Position numbers and translations under genes: made by a program. This document shows, in pieces, positions 28,106-37,000 of a DNA stretch of 64,000 nucleotides. Within the stretch, counting starts at the first letter, position 1. Each line of letters begins with the position of its first letter. Below the pieces are notes generated by a model. That model ran no database searches and was not told where the DNA came from. It saw nothing but the letters and a program-made list of their open reading frames with translations. The stretch is from the IMG/VR virus record IMGVR_UViG_3300011989_000486, positions 4,313 to 68,312 of that record. The stretch is one strand, 5' to 3'. The DNA comes from a virus (taxonomy: Duplodnaviria > Caudoviricetes).

Positions 28106-28519
28106 ATGGAAGATGTTATTAATCATCCTTCACATTATGAGTGTGAGCAGATAGTGTATCAGCGGGTCTACCAGCCTATTGAGTTCTGCCAGCTCTTTGG
28201 CTTCACTGTAGGAAATGCTTTTAAGTATCTCTTCAGGCGCAAGCACAAAGGCACAGAGCTTCAGGACTTAAAGAAAGCTGAATACTACCTCAAACGGGCT
28301 CTTGACCCTGCCAACAAGAATGACTGGTCATTTACTGGCTTACAGGATGTAGCTGCGCAAATCACCTACTACGCAGACATCCGTGATGTTTACACAGCCT
28401 TTGTGAACAACAAAGACTTCCTCAAAGGATTCACCCCCGACAAAGACGGACTCCAGAGAGTGCTGGCTTTTACTCAGAATGAGATAGCCAATCTGGAAGC
28501 ACCTGTCAAAGCAGCTTGA
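28106..28519 (+). CDS. DUF3310/SaV-like protein
   Basis: VINHPSHY, GNAFKYLFR..KG..DLKKAEYYL signature. Confidence 0.85.
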   Translation: MEDVINHPSHYECEQIVYQRVYQPIEFCQLFGFTVGNAFKYLFRRKHKGTELQDLKKAEYYLKRALDPANKNDWSFTGLQDVAAQITYYADIRDVYTAFVNNKDFLKGFTPDKDGLQRVLAFTQNEIANLEAPVKAA

Positions 28520-28528
28520 GACACTGTT

Positions 28529-28993
28529 ATGTGCACGAAAACTGGTGACTTTGAGTCTCTGGTTCGGGAGTACCTTCACTATGGCTTAACCAAAGCCGAA
28601 GCTGAAGAAGCTTCGCATATTGAGCTTTCTCATAAGCAGGAGTTCCTGGCTCATGCAGATGAAGAAATCTCAAAAATCCAAGAGTATGCAGCTCATTTGA
28701 ACCAGAAGATAGCCCAGCAAAAAGCTCTTGCCAGAGAGCTTTACAAGGCTAAGCGCCAGCAACAGCTTTCCCAAAAGCAAAAGACTATTACTCCCTATTA
28801 CCGACACGCTAAAAAATGCACTGATCCCAACGGGCGTCAGTACAACACTGTGACTTTGATGTGTCAGGAATGGGGAGTTTTACTTTGCACTTACTGCAAT
28901 CGCAGAGCCAAAGGCTGGACGATGCTGGAAGCCTTGCAAGGCAGAGCGCGTAAGAAAAAAACTTTTACCTCACGTAAAACCAAAGCAGCTTAA
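28529..28993 (+). CDS. Coiled-coil protein with C-terminal NUMOD1-like HTH
   Basis: GRQYNTVTLMCQEWGV....NRRAKGWTMLEAL pattern. Confidence 0.6.
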   Translation: MCTKTGDFESLVREYLHYGLTKAEAEEASHIELSHKQEFLAHADEEISKIQEYAAHLNQKIAQQKALARELYKAKRQQQLSQKQKTITPYYRHAKKCTDPNGRQYNTVTLMCQEWGVLLCTYCNRRAKGWTMLEALQGRARKKKTFTSRKTKAA

Positions 28994-29042
28994 AAACTGC
29001 ATTACACCACTACTTACCTTTGTTAATTGTTAATGGAGATAT

Positions 29043-29360
29043 ATGTCTAAAACTATTACCGTAAATAATCAGGAATTTGAATCTATCAGTGCAGCTGCCA
29101 GATTCTTTAACGTTTCATTAGGTCTTGTGTATAAACGCCTAAAACAGGGTATGCCGATAGATAAAGTCTTTACTACTCAGCGTAAATACACAATTAAATA
29201 TAACAAGAAGCAGCCTAAGCTTATTTCTCAGCTTATTGGCTTAGATGGCAAAGCCTATAAAACCCTTCCTGAATTAGCCAAAGCCTCTAATATCTCAGTG
29301 ATTAAGCTGTGCTGGAGATTATTTAAAGGCATGACCGTTGAGCAGGCTATTCGTGCCTAG
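29043..29360 (+). CDS. Tandem NUMOD1-like HTH DNA-binding protein
   Basis: Two repeats: ITVNNQEFESISAAARFFNV..RLKQGM and LDGKAYKTLPELAKASNI..RLFKGM. Confidence 0.65.
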   Translation: MSKTITVNNQEFESISAAARFFNVSLGLVYKRLKQGMPIDKVFTTQRKYTIKYNKKQPKLISQLIGLDGKAYKTLPELAKASNISVIKLCWRLFKGMTVEQAIRA

Positions 29361-29368
29361 GAGATCGT

Positions 29369-29704
29369 ATGAGATACATCATTGACACTAAAACAGAAGA
29401 TAAAAATGAGCTTATCAAGCGATTAAAAGATCTTCCTGATATTCAGGTTCACTACGCATATAACGATGGCTATGCATCGTTTATTTGGGGACTTGAAGAT
29501 CTTTATGCTTACTTCTCTGATGAAGAATTAGCAAAGCTTACTACTGAAGAAAAGCTGGAGTTTATTCAGTGTATCCAGCAGGAAGATGCCATCGCAGATG
29601 ATGCTGGCGGTCATATTGATGACTTGGTTCCTGAGTTCATGCATTGCGTTGAATTAAACCGTAAACAGAAAGAAGAACTCAGTAAAAGGGAGTCTATACA
29701 GTGA
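29369..29704 (+). CDS. Hypothetical acidic protein
   Basis: 111 aa, GGAG RBS. Confidence 0.75.
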   Translation: MRYIIDTKTEDKNELIKRLKDLPDIQVHYAYNDGYASFIWGLEDLYAYFSDEELAKLTTEEKLEFIQCIQQEDAIADDAGGHIDDLVPEFMHCVELNRKQKEELSKRESIQ

Positions 29705-29943
29705 CTAATTTCTTACTTGGATTTTTGTCAGCAATAGGCATGTTATTGCTTATTTGCTGTTGTTTTAATGCTGTGCTTAACAAAGGTGTTGCTCAGGTTA
29801 ATAACGCTATTAACTCAGCAATGCTTGACGCTGTAGAAGCCAAGGAGATTACTCCTGCACAGGCAGTACAGCTTGAAGACAGATATAAGAAGAAATTTGA
29901 CAAAATTCTTAGGGTTTGGAAAAAATCCTGGAGACCAGAATGA
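29701..29943 (+). CDS. Small protein with N-terminal TM helix
   Basis: 80 aa, GTGA overlap with upstream gene. Confidence 0.7.
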   Translation: MTNFLLGFLSAIGMLLLICCCFNAVLNKGVAQVNNAINSAMLDAVEAKEITPAQAVQLEDRYKKKFDKILRVWKKSWRPE

Positions 29944-29961
29944 TTAAATATAAAAATGTAA

Positions 29962-30216
29962 TTGATGGAGCTGAATATGACTGACTACATGAAGATTAAT
30001 GACCAGCTTGCTGGTATTCAGGAAATTCTTTCTGATTTAAGTGCTGAGATTGGAGCTGACGCATCTGATGATTTAAAAAATGGCAATAATGATATGCACC
30101 AGTATTCATTAAAGGTTACGGTGTCATCCATTCTCAGCAATGCTGCGTCTCTTATAGATAACGCTCAGATGGGTGCTAATGAGTTATCTAACAATGGAGT
30201 TGAATATGACGGTTGA
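29962..30216 (+). CDS. Hypothetical protein
   Basis: 84 aa; exact start uncertain. Confidence 0.65.
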   Translation: MMELNMTDYMKINDQLAGIQEILSDLSAEIGADASDDLKNGNNDMHQYSLKVTVSSILSNAASLIDNAQMGANELSNNGVEYDG

Positions 30217-30433
30217 TGAGCTTACAGATATTCTCTGCCATATAGACGGCAAGCTTGAAGTCAGATGCATGGTCTATGACCCAGAGGAAAAGAAAGAAGT
30301 GCCAAAACTGATTGACTCGGCTTCTGATATCAGGACTTTCAAGATAGTCCAGCACTTTGGTCCTGAAACACCTCATCCTGACAGAGAAATTGATAACAGT
30401 CATTACTGTGTATTAAAGATTTTTAAACCTTGA
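30206..30433 (+). CDS. Hypothetical protein
   Basis: MTVDELTDIL start with GGAG RBS preferred over 30173. Confidence 0.65.
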   Translation: MTVDELTDILCHIDGKLEVRCMVYDPEEKKEVPKLIDSASDIRTFKIVQHFGPETPHPDREIDNSHYCVLKIFKP

Positions 30434-30439
30434 GGTTAT

Positions 30440-31354
30440 ATGAAACAGTACTTAGATCTGCTAGAGGACATTCTTGATAATGGCATTAAGAAACAGGACA
30501 GAACTGGAGTAGGCACTCTGTCTGTGGTTGGTCGCCAGATACGATTCAACCTACAGGAGGGATTTCCCGCTGTTACTACCAAGTCTTTGGCTTGGAAGTC
30601 TGTAGTTTCAGAGCTTCTCTGGTTCATGGAAGGCTCTACTAACGAGCACCGACTGGCTCAGATTAAGAATGACAACAGACCATATGACAAGCTCACAGAG
30701 AAGGAGCGTCATACGATTTGGACTGCCAATTTTGAGAACCAAGGAAAAGCTTTATGCTATTCAGATGGTGAGTTAGGACCTATTTATGGCAGACAGTGGC
30801 GAAATTATACTGGCGTAAATCGTTTTGGATTGACTTCTCATTGTGACCAGTTAGAAAAAGTCATTAATGAGATACAGAACAATCCCTGGTCTCGCAGACT
30901 TATTGTTTCAGCATGGAATCCCACTCAAATACATGAAATGGCTTTACCTCCTTGCCATCTCATGTTCCAGTTTGTTGTGGAACCAGGATACGGAGAGCAC
31001 AAAGACAAGCCTACTTATCTGAACCTGATGTGGACTCAGCGAAGCTGTGACGTGTTCTTAGGTTTGCCTTTTAACATTGCCAGCTACGCGTTGTTACTGA
31101 GTATTGTTGCGAGGATTACGCATTTAGAGCCTAAGACTCTTGTAGGTTCTCTGTGTGACACTCATATCTACCTTAATCACTTAGACGCTGTGAAGACTCA
31201 GCTTAAACGTAAACCTTATCCGTTACCTAAGCTGACACTCCCTGCTGCTGATTATTACTCACTATTCTCATTCATTATGACTTCAAGATGCTCAGACTTT
31301 AAGCTTGAGCACTATTTCCATGATGCTGCTATCCCAGCACCTATGGCTATTTAA
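30440..31354 (+). CDS. thyA: Thymidylate synthase
   Basis: DRTGVGT, MALPPCH, QRSCD, GLPFNIASY, HIYLNH. Confidence 0.97.
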   Translation: MKQYLDLLEDILDNGIKKQDRTGVGTLSVVGRQIRFNLQEGFPAVTTKSLAWKSVVSELLWFMEGSTNEHRLAQIKNDNRPYDKLTEKERHTIWTANFENQGKALCYSDGELGPIYGRQWRNYTGVNRFGLTSHCDQLEKVINEIQNNPWSRRLIVSAWNPTQIHEMALPPCHLMFQFVVEPGYGEHKDKPTYLNLMWTQRSCDVFLGLPFNIASYALLLSIVARITHLEPKTLVGSLCDTHIYLNHLDAVKTQLKRKPYPLPKLTLPAADYYSLFSFIMTSRCSDFKLEHYFHDAAIPAPMAI

Positions 31355-31372
31355 TGAAGGACTGCCACTACT

Positions 31373-31564
31373 ATGACTCTTACTATAAAAGACTGCCTTG
31401 AAGAGGCTATGTATCACTTAAGTGAGATGGATTACTCCATAGAAGACCATTCTCAGCGTGCTGAGCACTGCAAAGACGCTATCTCTGATGTGGCTTTGGC
31501 TCTGGAGATTTATGAGCATGACTTTGCTGACAAAGAACCAGTCAGAACCAAGGAGGTGGCGTAA
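31373..31564 (+). CDS. Hypothetical protein
   Basis: 63 aa, TAATG coupling. Confidence 0.7.
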   Translation: MTLTIKDCLEEAMYHLSEMDYSIEDHSQRAEHCKDAISDVALALEIYEHDFADKEPVRTKEVA

Positions 31565-31764
31565 TGGAGACTGTGCTTAAAGCCAAGGCTCAGAGCGGCA
31601 ATGAATATGACATTCATCTGCCTATGCCAGGGACTGCTGAGCCAGTCAAAGTCATCAATACCAAGGACAATAAAGTCCTTATTCAGCTTGATGTCTGTAA
31701 CCCTGATTTGAATGACGTGCTTATGCAGCTTTTCAAGCAAATCCAGGTGTTAGGGGTTCATTGA
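31564..31764 (+). CDS. Hypothetical protein
   Basis: 66 aa, GGAGG RBS. Confidence 0.7.
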   Translation: METVLKAKAQSGNEYDIHLPMPGTAEPVKVINTKDNKVLIQLDVCNPDLNDVLMQLFKQIQVLGVH

Positions 31765-32225
31765 TGACTGAATATGAACAGAACCTAAGACAGGAGATAC
31801 TCCATACTCCTGTTTTTAAAGACATGCAGAAAGAGTTTTACAAGAAATTCCTGCAAGACGCTGCTGTCACTGCCAAGTGCAAAGAGATTAAGACCTATTC
31901 CAGGCTCCCTAAACCTGATTTTCACTTACTTACCAATGAAGTCCTGATTCAAGGAATAGTCCTGACTATCCTGAACTCAGAGTTCAAGGAAGAGTTTGAC
32001 GATCACGGTAACTTTGATCCGTATGCGCCAGCACTTAGAACTATGGGAGATTTACTGGAGAATATCTATGACGACCATATCTACAGCGCTGAAGCCACTA
32101 AATACATGAGTAAGAAGTGGGCTGAGCTCAGAGGTCAGTTCGTAAATTGCACTGTCAATCTGTTTGACATAAGGCAGGCAGTTGCTCAGTACAAAAAACA
32201 TAAGGGGAAAAGCTTCCAATGTTAA
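31764..32225 (+). CDS. Hypothetical protein
   Basis: TGATG coupling to upstream gene. Confidence 0.7.
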   Translation: MTEYEQNLRQEILHTPVFKDMQKEFYKKFLQDAAVTAKCKEIKTYSRLPKPDFHLLTNEVLIQGIVLTILNSEFKEEFDDHGNFDPYAPALRTMGDLLENIYDDHIYSAEATKYMSKKWAELRGQFVNCTVNLFDIRQAVAQYKKHKGKSFQC

Positions 32226-33622
32226 AAATGACATGTTACGAGTTCCTGACGCTGCTTGCTAATACCAGTAGTGTCAAGACCAAGAAAGAGATGCTGAAAT
32301 GGGCTGATGGTTCTACAGACAATGAGCATAACGTTAAAAAGATTTTTAAGTATGCCTATGACACTGTAAACTTCAGCTATGGCGTTTCAGCTCAGAGAGT
32401 GACCAGCTCACTTATAGAGTTCGCTCAGAACCTGGATAAGAACCTAAAGAAGACAGGCAACAGCGGCATTAATCTTGATGAGATAGTCCCTGGTGAGCCA
32501 GTTAGCTTTGAAGAAGCGTTTAAGCTGCTTGATAAACTCAATGCCCGTGAAATCACAGGCGATGCTGCTTTACAGGCATGTGTAGACCTGTGCTGGAAGT
32601 TCAACAAGCCTGAGAGGGACATGTTTATCTACATCTTAGACAGAGACCTTCACTGTGGAGTAAACAAGACCTTACTTAACAAGGTCTGGCATGGGTTTAT
32701 TCCTCTGCCTAAATACAACAGATGCTCTGTGTTTTCTAAAAACAAGATTAACCGCATCAGCTTTCCTGCTTATTTACAGCTCAAATGTGACGGTACTTAT
32801 CGTGAAGTACAGAAACGAGGAGCAAATATCACTGTAAGATCCCGTCAGGGTGAAGTCCGTAATGACCTGCTCTTCACTGATCAGTTCAAAGACTTCCCTG
32901 ATGGTATTTACACTGGAGAAATCACTCTGGGTCATGCCTATAAGCCTGATGCGAACAGGTCTGTAAGCAACGGTCTGATTAACTCTAATAACCCGCCTTA
33001 CGGTGAGATGTGGCTGACCCTGTGGGATTATCTGACTCCTATGGAGTACTCAGGTCTTAGCAAGACTCCGTATAAAGACAGATTTGCCAAGCTGTCAGAG
33101 ATCTTAAAGACTGCCAGTGACCATCCGCAGATAGAGCTTGTACCTACTATTGAAGTCAACTCCCTTGACGAGGTTATTGCTGAAACCAGCAATGTCATGA
33201 GCCAAGGACTGGAAGGCTGTGTGCTTAAAGACAAGAATATGGTCTTTAAAGACGGAACCAATCCCCAGCAAATGAAGATTAAGCTCAAGGTTGACTGTGA
33301 GATGCGTATCACTGGCTTTACCGAAGGCACTGGCAAGCGTGCAGGCAAAGTAGGAGCCATTTGCTTTGAGTCTGATGACCATCAGATTAAAGGGCTCTGC
33401 TCAGGCTTCAGTGATGCTGAGATGGATGACTTTACTAACTGTAAGAGTTACTACATAGGCAAAATCATCTCAATAGAGTTCAATGACCTGTCCAAACCAG
33501 AATACAGTGACCACTATGCTTTGGTTCACCCCAGGTTCGTAGCTGTGCGTGAAGACAAAGACACCACAGACACACTGGAGACAGTGAAGAACCTGAGAAA
33601 TATGGCTAGACAGCTTGCATAG
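32219..33622 (+). CDS. ATP-dependent DNA ligase
   Basis: Motif I LKCDG, EGCVLK, KIK, OB-fold GKRAGKVG and HPRF. Confidence 0.93.
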   Translation: MLKMTCYEFLTLLANTSSVKTKKEMLKWADGSTDNEHNVKKIFKYAYDTVNFSYGVSAQRVTSSLIEFAQNLDKNLKKTGNSGINLDEIVPGEPVSFEEAFKLLDKLNAREITGDAALQACVDLCWKFNKPERDMFIYILDRDLHCGVNKTLLNKVWHGFIPLPKYNRCSVFSKNKINRISFPAYLQLKCDGTYREVQKRGANITVRSRQGEVRNDLLFTDQFKDFPDGIYTGEITLGHAYKPDANRSVSNGLINSNNPPYGEMWLTLWDYLTPMEYSGLSKTPYKDRFAKLSEILKTASDHPQIELVPTIEVNSLDEVIAETSNVMSQGLEGCVLKDKNMVFKDGTNPQQMKIKLKVDCEMRITGFTEGTGKRAGKVGAICFESDDHQIKGLCSGFSDAEMDDFTNCKSYYIGKIISIEFNDLSKPEYSDHYALVHPRFVAVREDKDTTDTLETVKNLRNMARQLA

Positions 33623-33640
33623 CTGATTTGATGATATAGT

Positions 33641-33673
33641 AAAGACCGTTTACATAGTAGTAAACGGTCTTTG
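33641..33673 (+). terminator. Hairpin after ligase
   Basis: AAAGACCGTTTAC-ATAGTA-GTAAACGGTCTTT. Confidence 0.7.
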
Positions 33674-33687
33674 TTTTATGTGAGGTT

Positions 33688-34005
33688 TTGATGAGTTTTT
33701 CATCGTTTATGAATGGTTCTACCAAAGCAGGCAGGATGCTTGTAACACGAGCCATTCAATGGGGAATAGCTACAGCTTTATTGATTGCAGCTGGAGTTGC
33801 CAGATGGACATGGATAGAAGAAGAAGGCTTAGATGAAGGTCGCGGATTAATAACGATTTGGAATTTCATCTGGGTCTCAGTTTTAGGATCTTTTTTCTTC
33901 ATCTTAATATGGCTTTTAGTCCTGTTATTTGTTTCCAAACTTCATAAGATGAGCACAGGCTATGCCCTGTTTGAAAAGCCAAACCAAGACAATAAGAATC
34001 AGTAA
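33688..34005 (+). CDS. Two-TM membrane protein
   Basis: Two hydrophobic helices around a short acidic loop; GAGG RBS. Confidence 0.7.
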   Translation: MMSFSSFMNGSTKAGRMLVTRAIQWGIATALLIAAGVARWTWIEEEGLDEGRGLITIWNFIWVSVLGSFFFILIWLLVLLFVSKLHKMSTGYALFEKPNQDNKNQ

Positions 34006-34006
34006 A

Positions 34007-34037
34007 AAATAAGGCTCTGCAATGCAGAGCCTTATTT
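34007..34037. terminator. Bidirectional terminator at convergent junction
   Basis: AAATAAGGCTCTGC-AAT-GCAGAGCCTTATTT. Confidence 0.85.
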
Positions 34038-34054
34038 CTTGCTAGGTTTTTACT

Positions 34055-37000
34055 TTACAGTAAGCCGAACAGCTTGACCCAAGGGTTAGCTGTGAAAATG
34101 CTTGATAACATCCCCGGTCCTATTGAGTAACCAAGCACGCCTAACTTACCAAATAGTGAATCTACTAAAGGTGAGTTAAGTCCGCCAGTAGCAAATGCCA
34201 GAGTAGCCAACGGCTTTTCTCTAAGCATTCTTAAAGCCACTTTCATCATACGCAGCTTGAAGTTGCTGAACCAGATAAGTCCTATACGCTCAGCAAAGTC
34301 TCTGGTACGACCAGGAAGTCTGACGTAATCAACAAACTCTTCTGAGACAGTGTAGTGAGCATCTTCCTGAGATTTATGCTGCCTTTCAGTTAAATCTTTA
34401 AACAGAATAGCTTTACCTAAGAAGTCGCCGTACTGGTTCATCTTTTCAAGGAACTTGTACAGGGAAGTATCAGGAGCCACCATTCCGTAGTGAACAAATG
34501 ATTTAACGATTTCATTATTGGATAAGCTGTCCAGCTTCTCCATAATCTTGTCGTCAAGCGACATCTTGCCACTAGCAATATCACGGACATCATTGCCTAA
34601 ATCAGCAATAGAGGAGAACTCTTTTTGCTTAATTAGGTAGCTAATAGACAGTCCATCTATGGCGTTCTCAAGCAGTCTCTTACGAGATTCAAGCTGAGCT
34701 CTGTCTCTACTGCCAATGTACATAGAGCCAAGCTCTGTCTTTACTTGCAGTAAGTCACTTCTAATCTTTAAGTATTTATCAAGCTCATGCAGTACATCTT
34801 TGGTATAGCGGAACATTGATGATACAGGTACACCTTCCATAGCGAGCTGTAAGTAGTTAGCCCCCATATTGGACACAGGTACATTAATAGACCTAATAAT
34901 GATGCTATTCTTAGCCATCTTTACTAAGTCCTGAGTAATGTTTTCTACCCGTTTAAGTCTGGCAAAAGCTTTCTTGCCAAAGACCGCTTCAGCACAATGA
35001 GCTATAGCATTAGTCACAGCAGGATTAAGCCTGGTTTCACCAGTCCACATGTCAGTGATAGATATGGAGTGATATCCAATCACATCATTAACCTGTGAAC
35101 GAAGAACCATGAACTTGTTGGGTCCGCCATAAGCTTTGGAAATAGACTTAATCAGCTTACGCGGCATTAAGTCCACCATAGCTTTTACCGTAGGATCTTT
35201 AATATCAAAGATATTGACGAAATCCTTTGGCTCAGCATCTAACGTGGAATCAGGTTTATTGGCTTCATCCCAGAAGTCAGCAAGTCTGTTTACCAGCTCA
35301 TTGTTTAGATTTTCAGCAAGACTTTCCTCTTCATTACGACCAGCCTGACGAGCCAAGAGCTGTGCATAGTCTTTCACAGGATTCAGATACTCATTGTTAT
35401 TGAGTAAATCTGGATTAAGAGACCGCTCAAAGGCTATGACATCGCCATTGCTTCCGAAGATAGGAATTAACTCCTCTTCGTTAGTGGCATACTCTCTGCC
35501 TTCACTCATAGCAGTGAGGATCTTGTCAATGGTGTTACTGTTAGTGATCACACCAGCATTAGGAGCCAGAGATACACCTGAGAAAGCGTTAATGCCGTTA
35601 CAGGTAGTACCAACATACGTTAATCCGCCTGCATTAAGTGCAGAGGACGTATCAAGCTTGCTGTAATAAACACCAAGAGATGCAAAATCCATATTTGAAC
35701 CATGGTACTGGTCAATAAGGGTATACCCCTGAGCTTCCATTGCATCCTTATCAGTTAAAGGCGCTACTTTGAAATGTCCGTCATCTTTCATGATGCTAAA
35801 GGTGCTGCCTTTAATCCAATTGTAATTACCTCTGTTGTAGTTTTGAGCTTTATCAATACCGTCACGATACTGTTTCTCAGCAGTACCTAAGAGGTATTTC
35901 ATACCATCAGGCTCTTTATCCAAAAGTTCTGCAAGCTTATATCGGTCAGACTTGCTAAGCATCTGCACAGCATACATGCTTGTAAGCTGGTCACAGGCAT
36001 TAAACTCTTCACGAGTAGGTGCATAAAGAGAACCATCAGGAGTAAAGCCTGCGGCAATAGCCATAGGATTCCTGAGCAGGAATTTACCTACTTTACCAGT
36101 CATCATGTACTCAGCTAACTGTTTACATTTAGCCTGACGATACTTATCAGTAATAACTGTTTTTAATTGGTTCATCTCTTCGTAGAAGACATTGTCATCT
36201 ATGAGCAATAAACCAAGTTTTGCAGGGTTGCCTTTCATTAAAGTAGACAGGCCAGTCTTGCCAACAGCAACTGTAAGTTTTTCCCAGGTCTTCTTAGACA
36301 GAGGGACTTTAAAGCGTTTCTTAATCTGCCCAGGGAGCAAATCAATAGCTTCCTGACGATTTTGGTCAAGAGTGATCTTGATTTTAGTAATTAAAGCCTG
36401 AGTCTTATGCGTTTCCTTGGTTCTGCCTATAGTGTCATTAAGAAGCTCTTTAGCAACATGCGGCATAGCTTTCATGTTGTGAACACTGTTATTTAAAGTA
36501 TTGGCTTCTGCTTCTATAGCAGCATTTAACTCATCAGTATTACTGGCATGAGTAACCTTCATAAGAGCTTCATTAATCTTAGAAGACACTGCTAATTCGG
36601 CATTGTCGCGGAAGCGCTCAAGATATGAAGTCTTGTCATAGCTTCTGGAGCAGCTTTCCAGCTCGCCCAATAAACGAGTAAGAGCTTCATCATAGTTCTT
36701 ACTGTATTTATTAGGTTGCTTGCGTATATCGGTGAACCAATTACGCATACCACGGATAGCAGAATCAAATGCTTTGTCTATGCTCAGATACCCGCGAGTA
36801 TTGTGAGTATTACGTTTCTCCATATTAGAGAGCACACGCTTAAACTCAGGGTCGGTTTGAGCCAAAGCAAAGATAACCGCAGTAGCTTCACTAGGATTGA
36901 ACTTAGCCTTTCTGTTTCTGAACCCTTGCAGCATCTTACAGAGATTCTCAGCTCTCTTTAACTGAGAGCTTGCATCTACACTGCCTTTAGGTGCAGTAAC

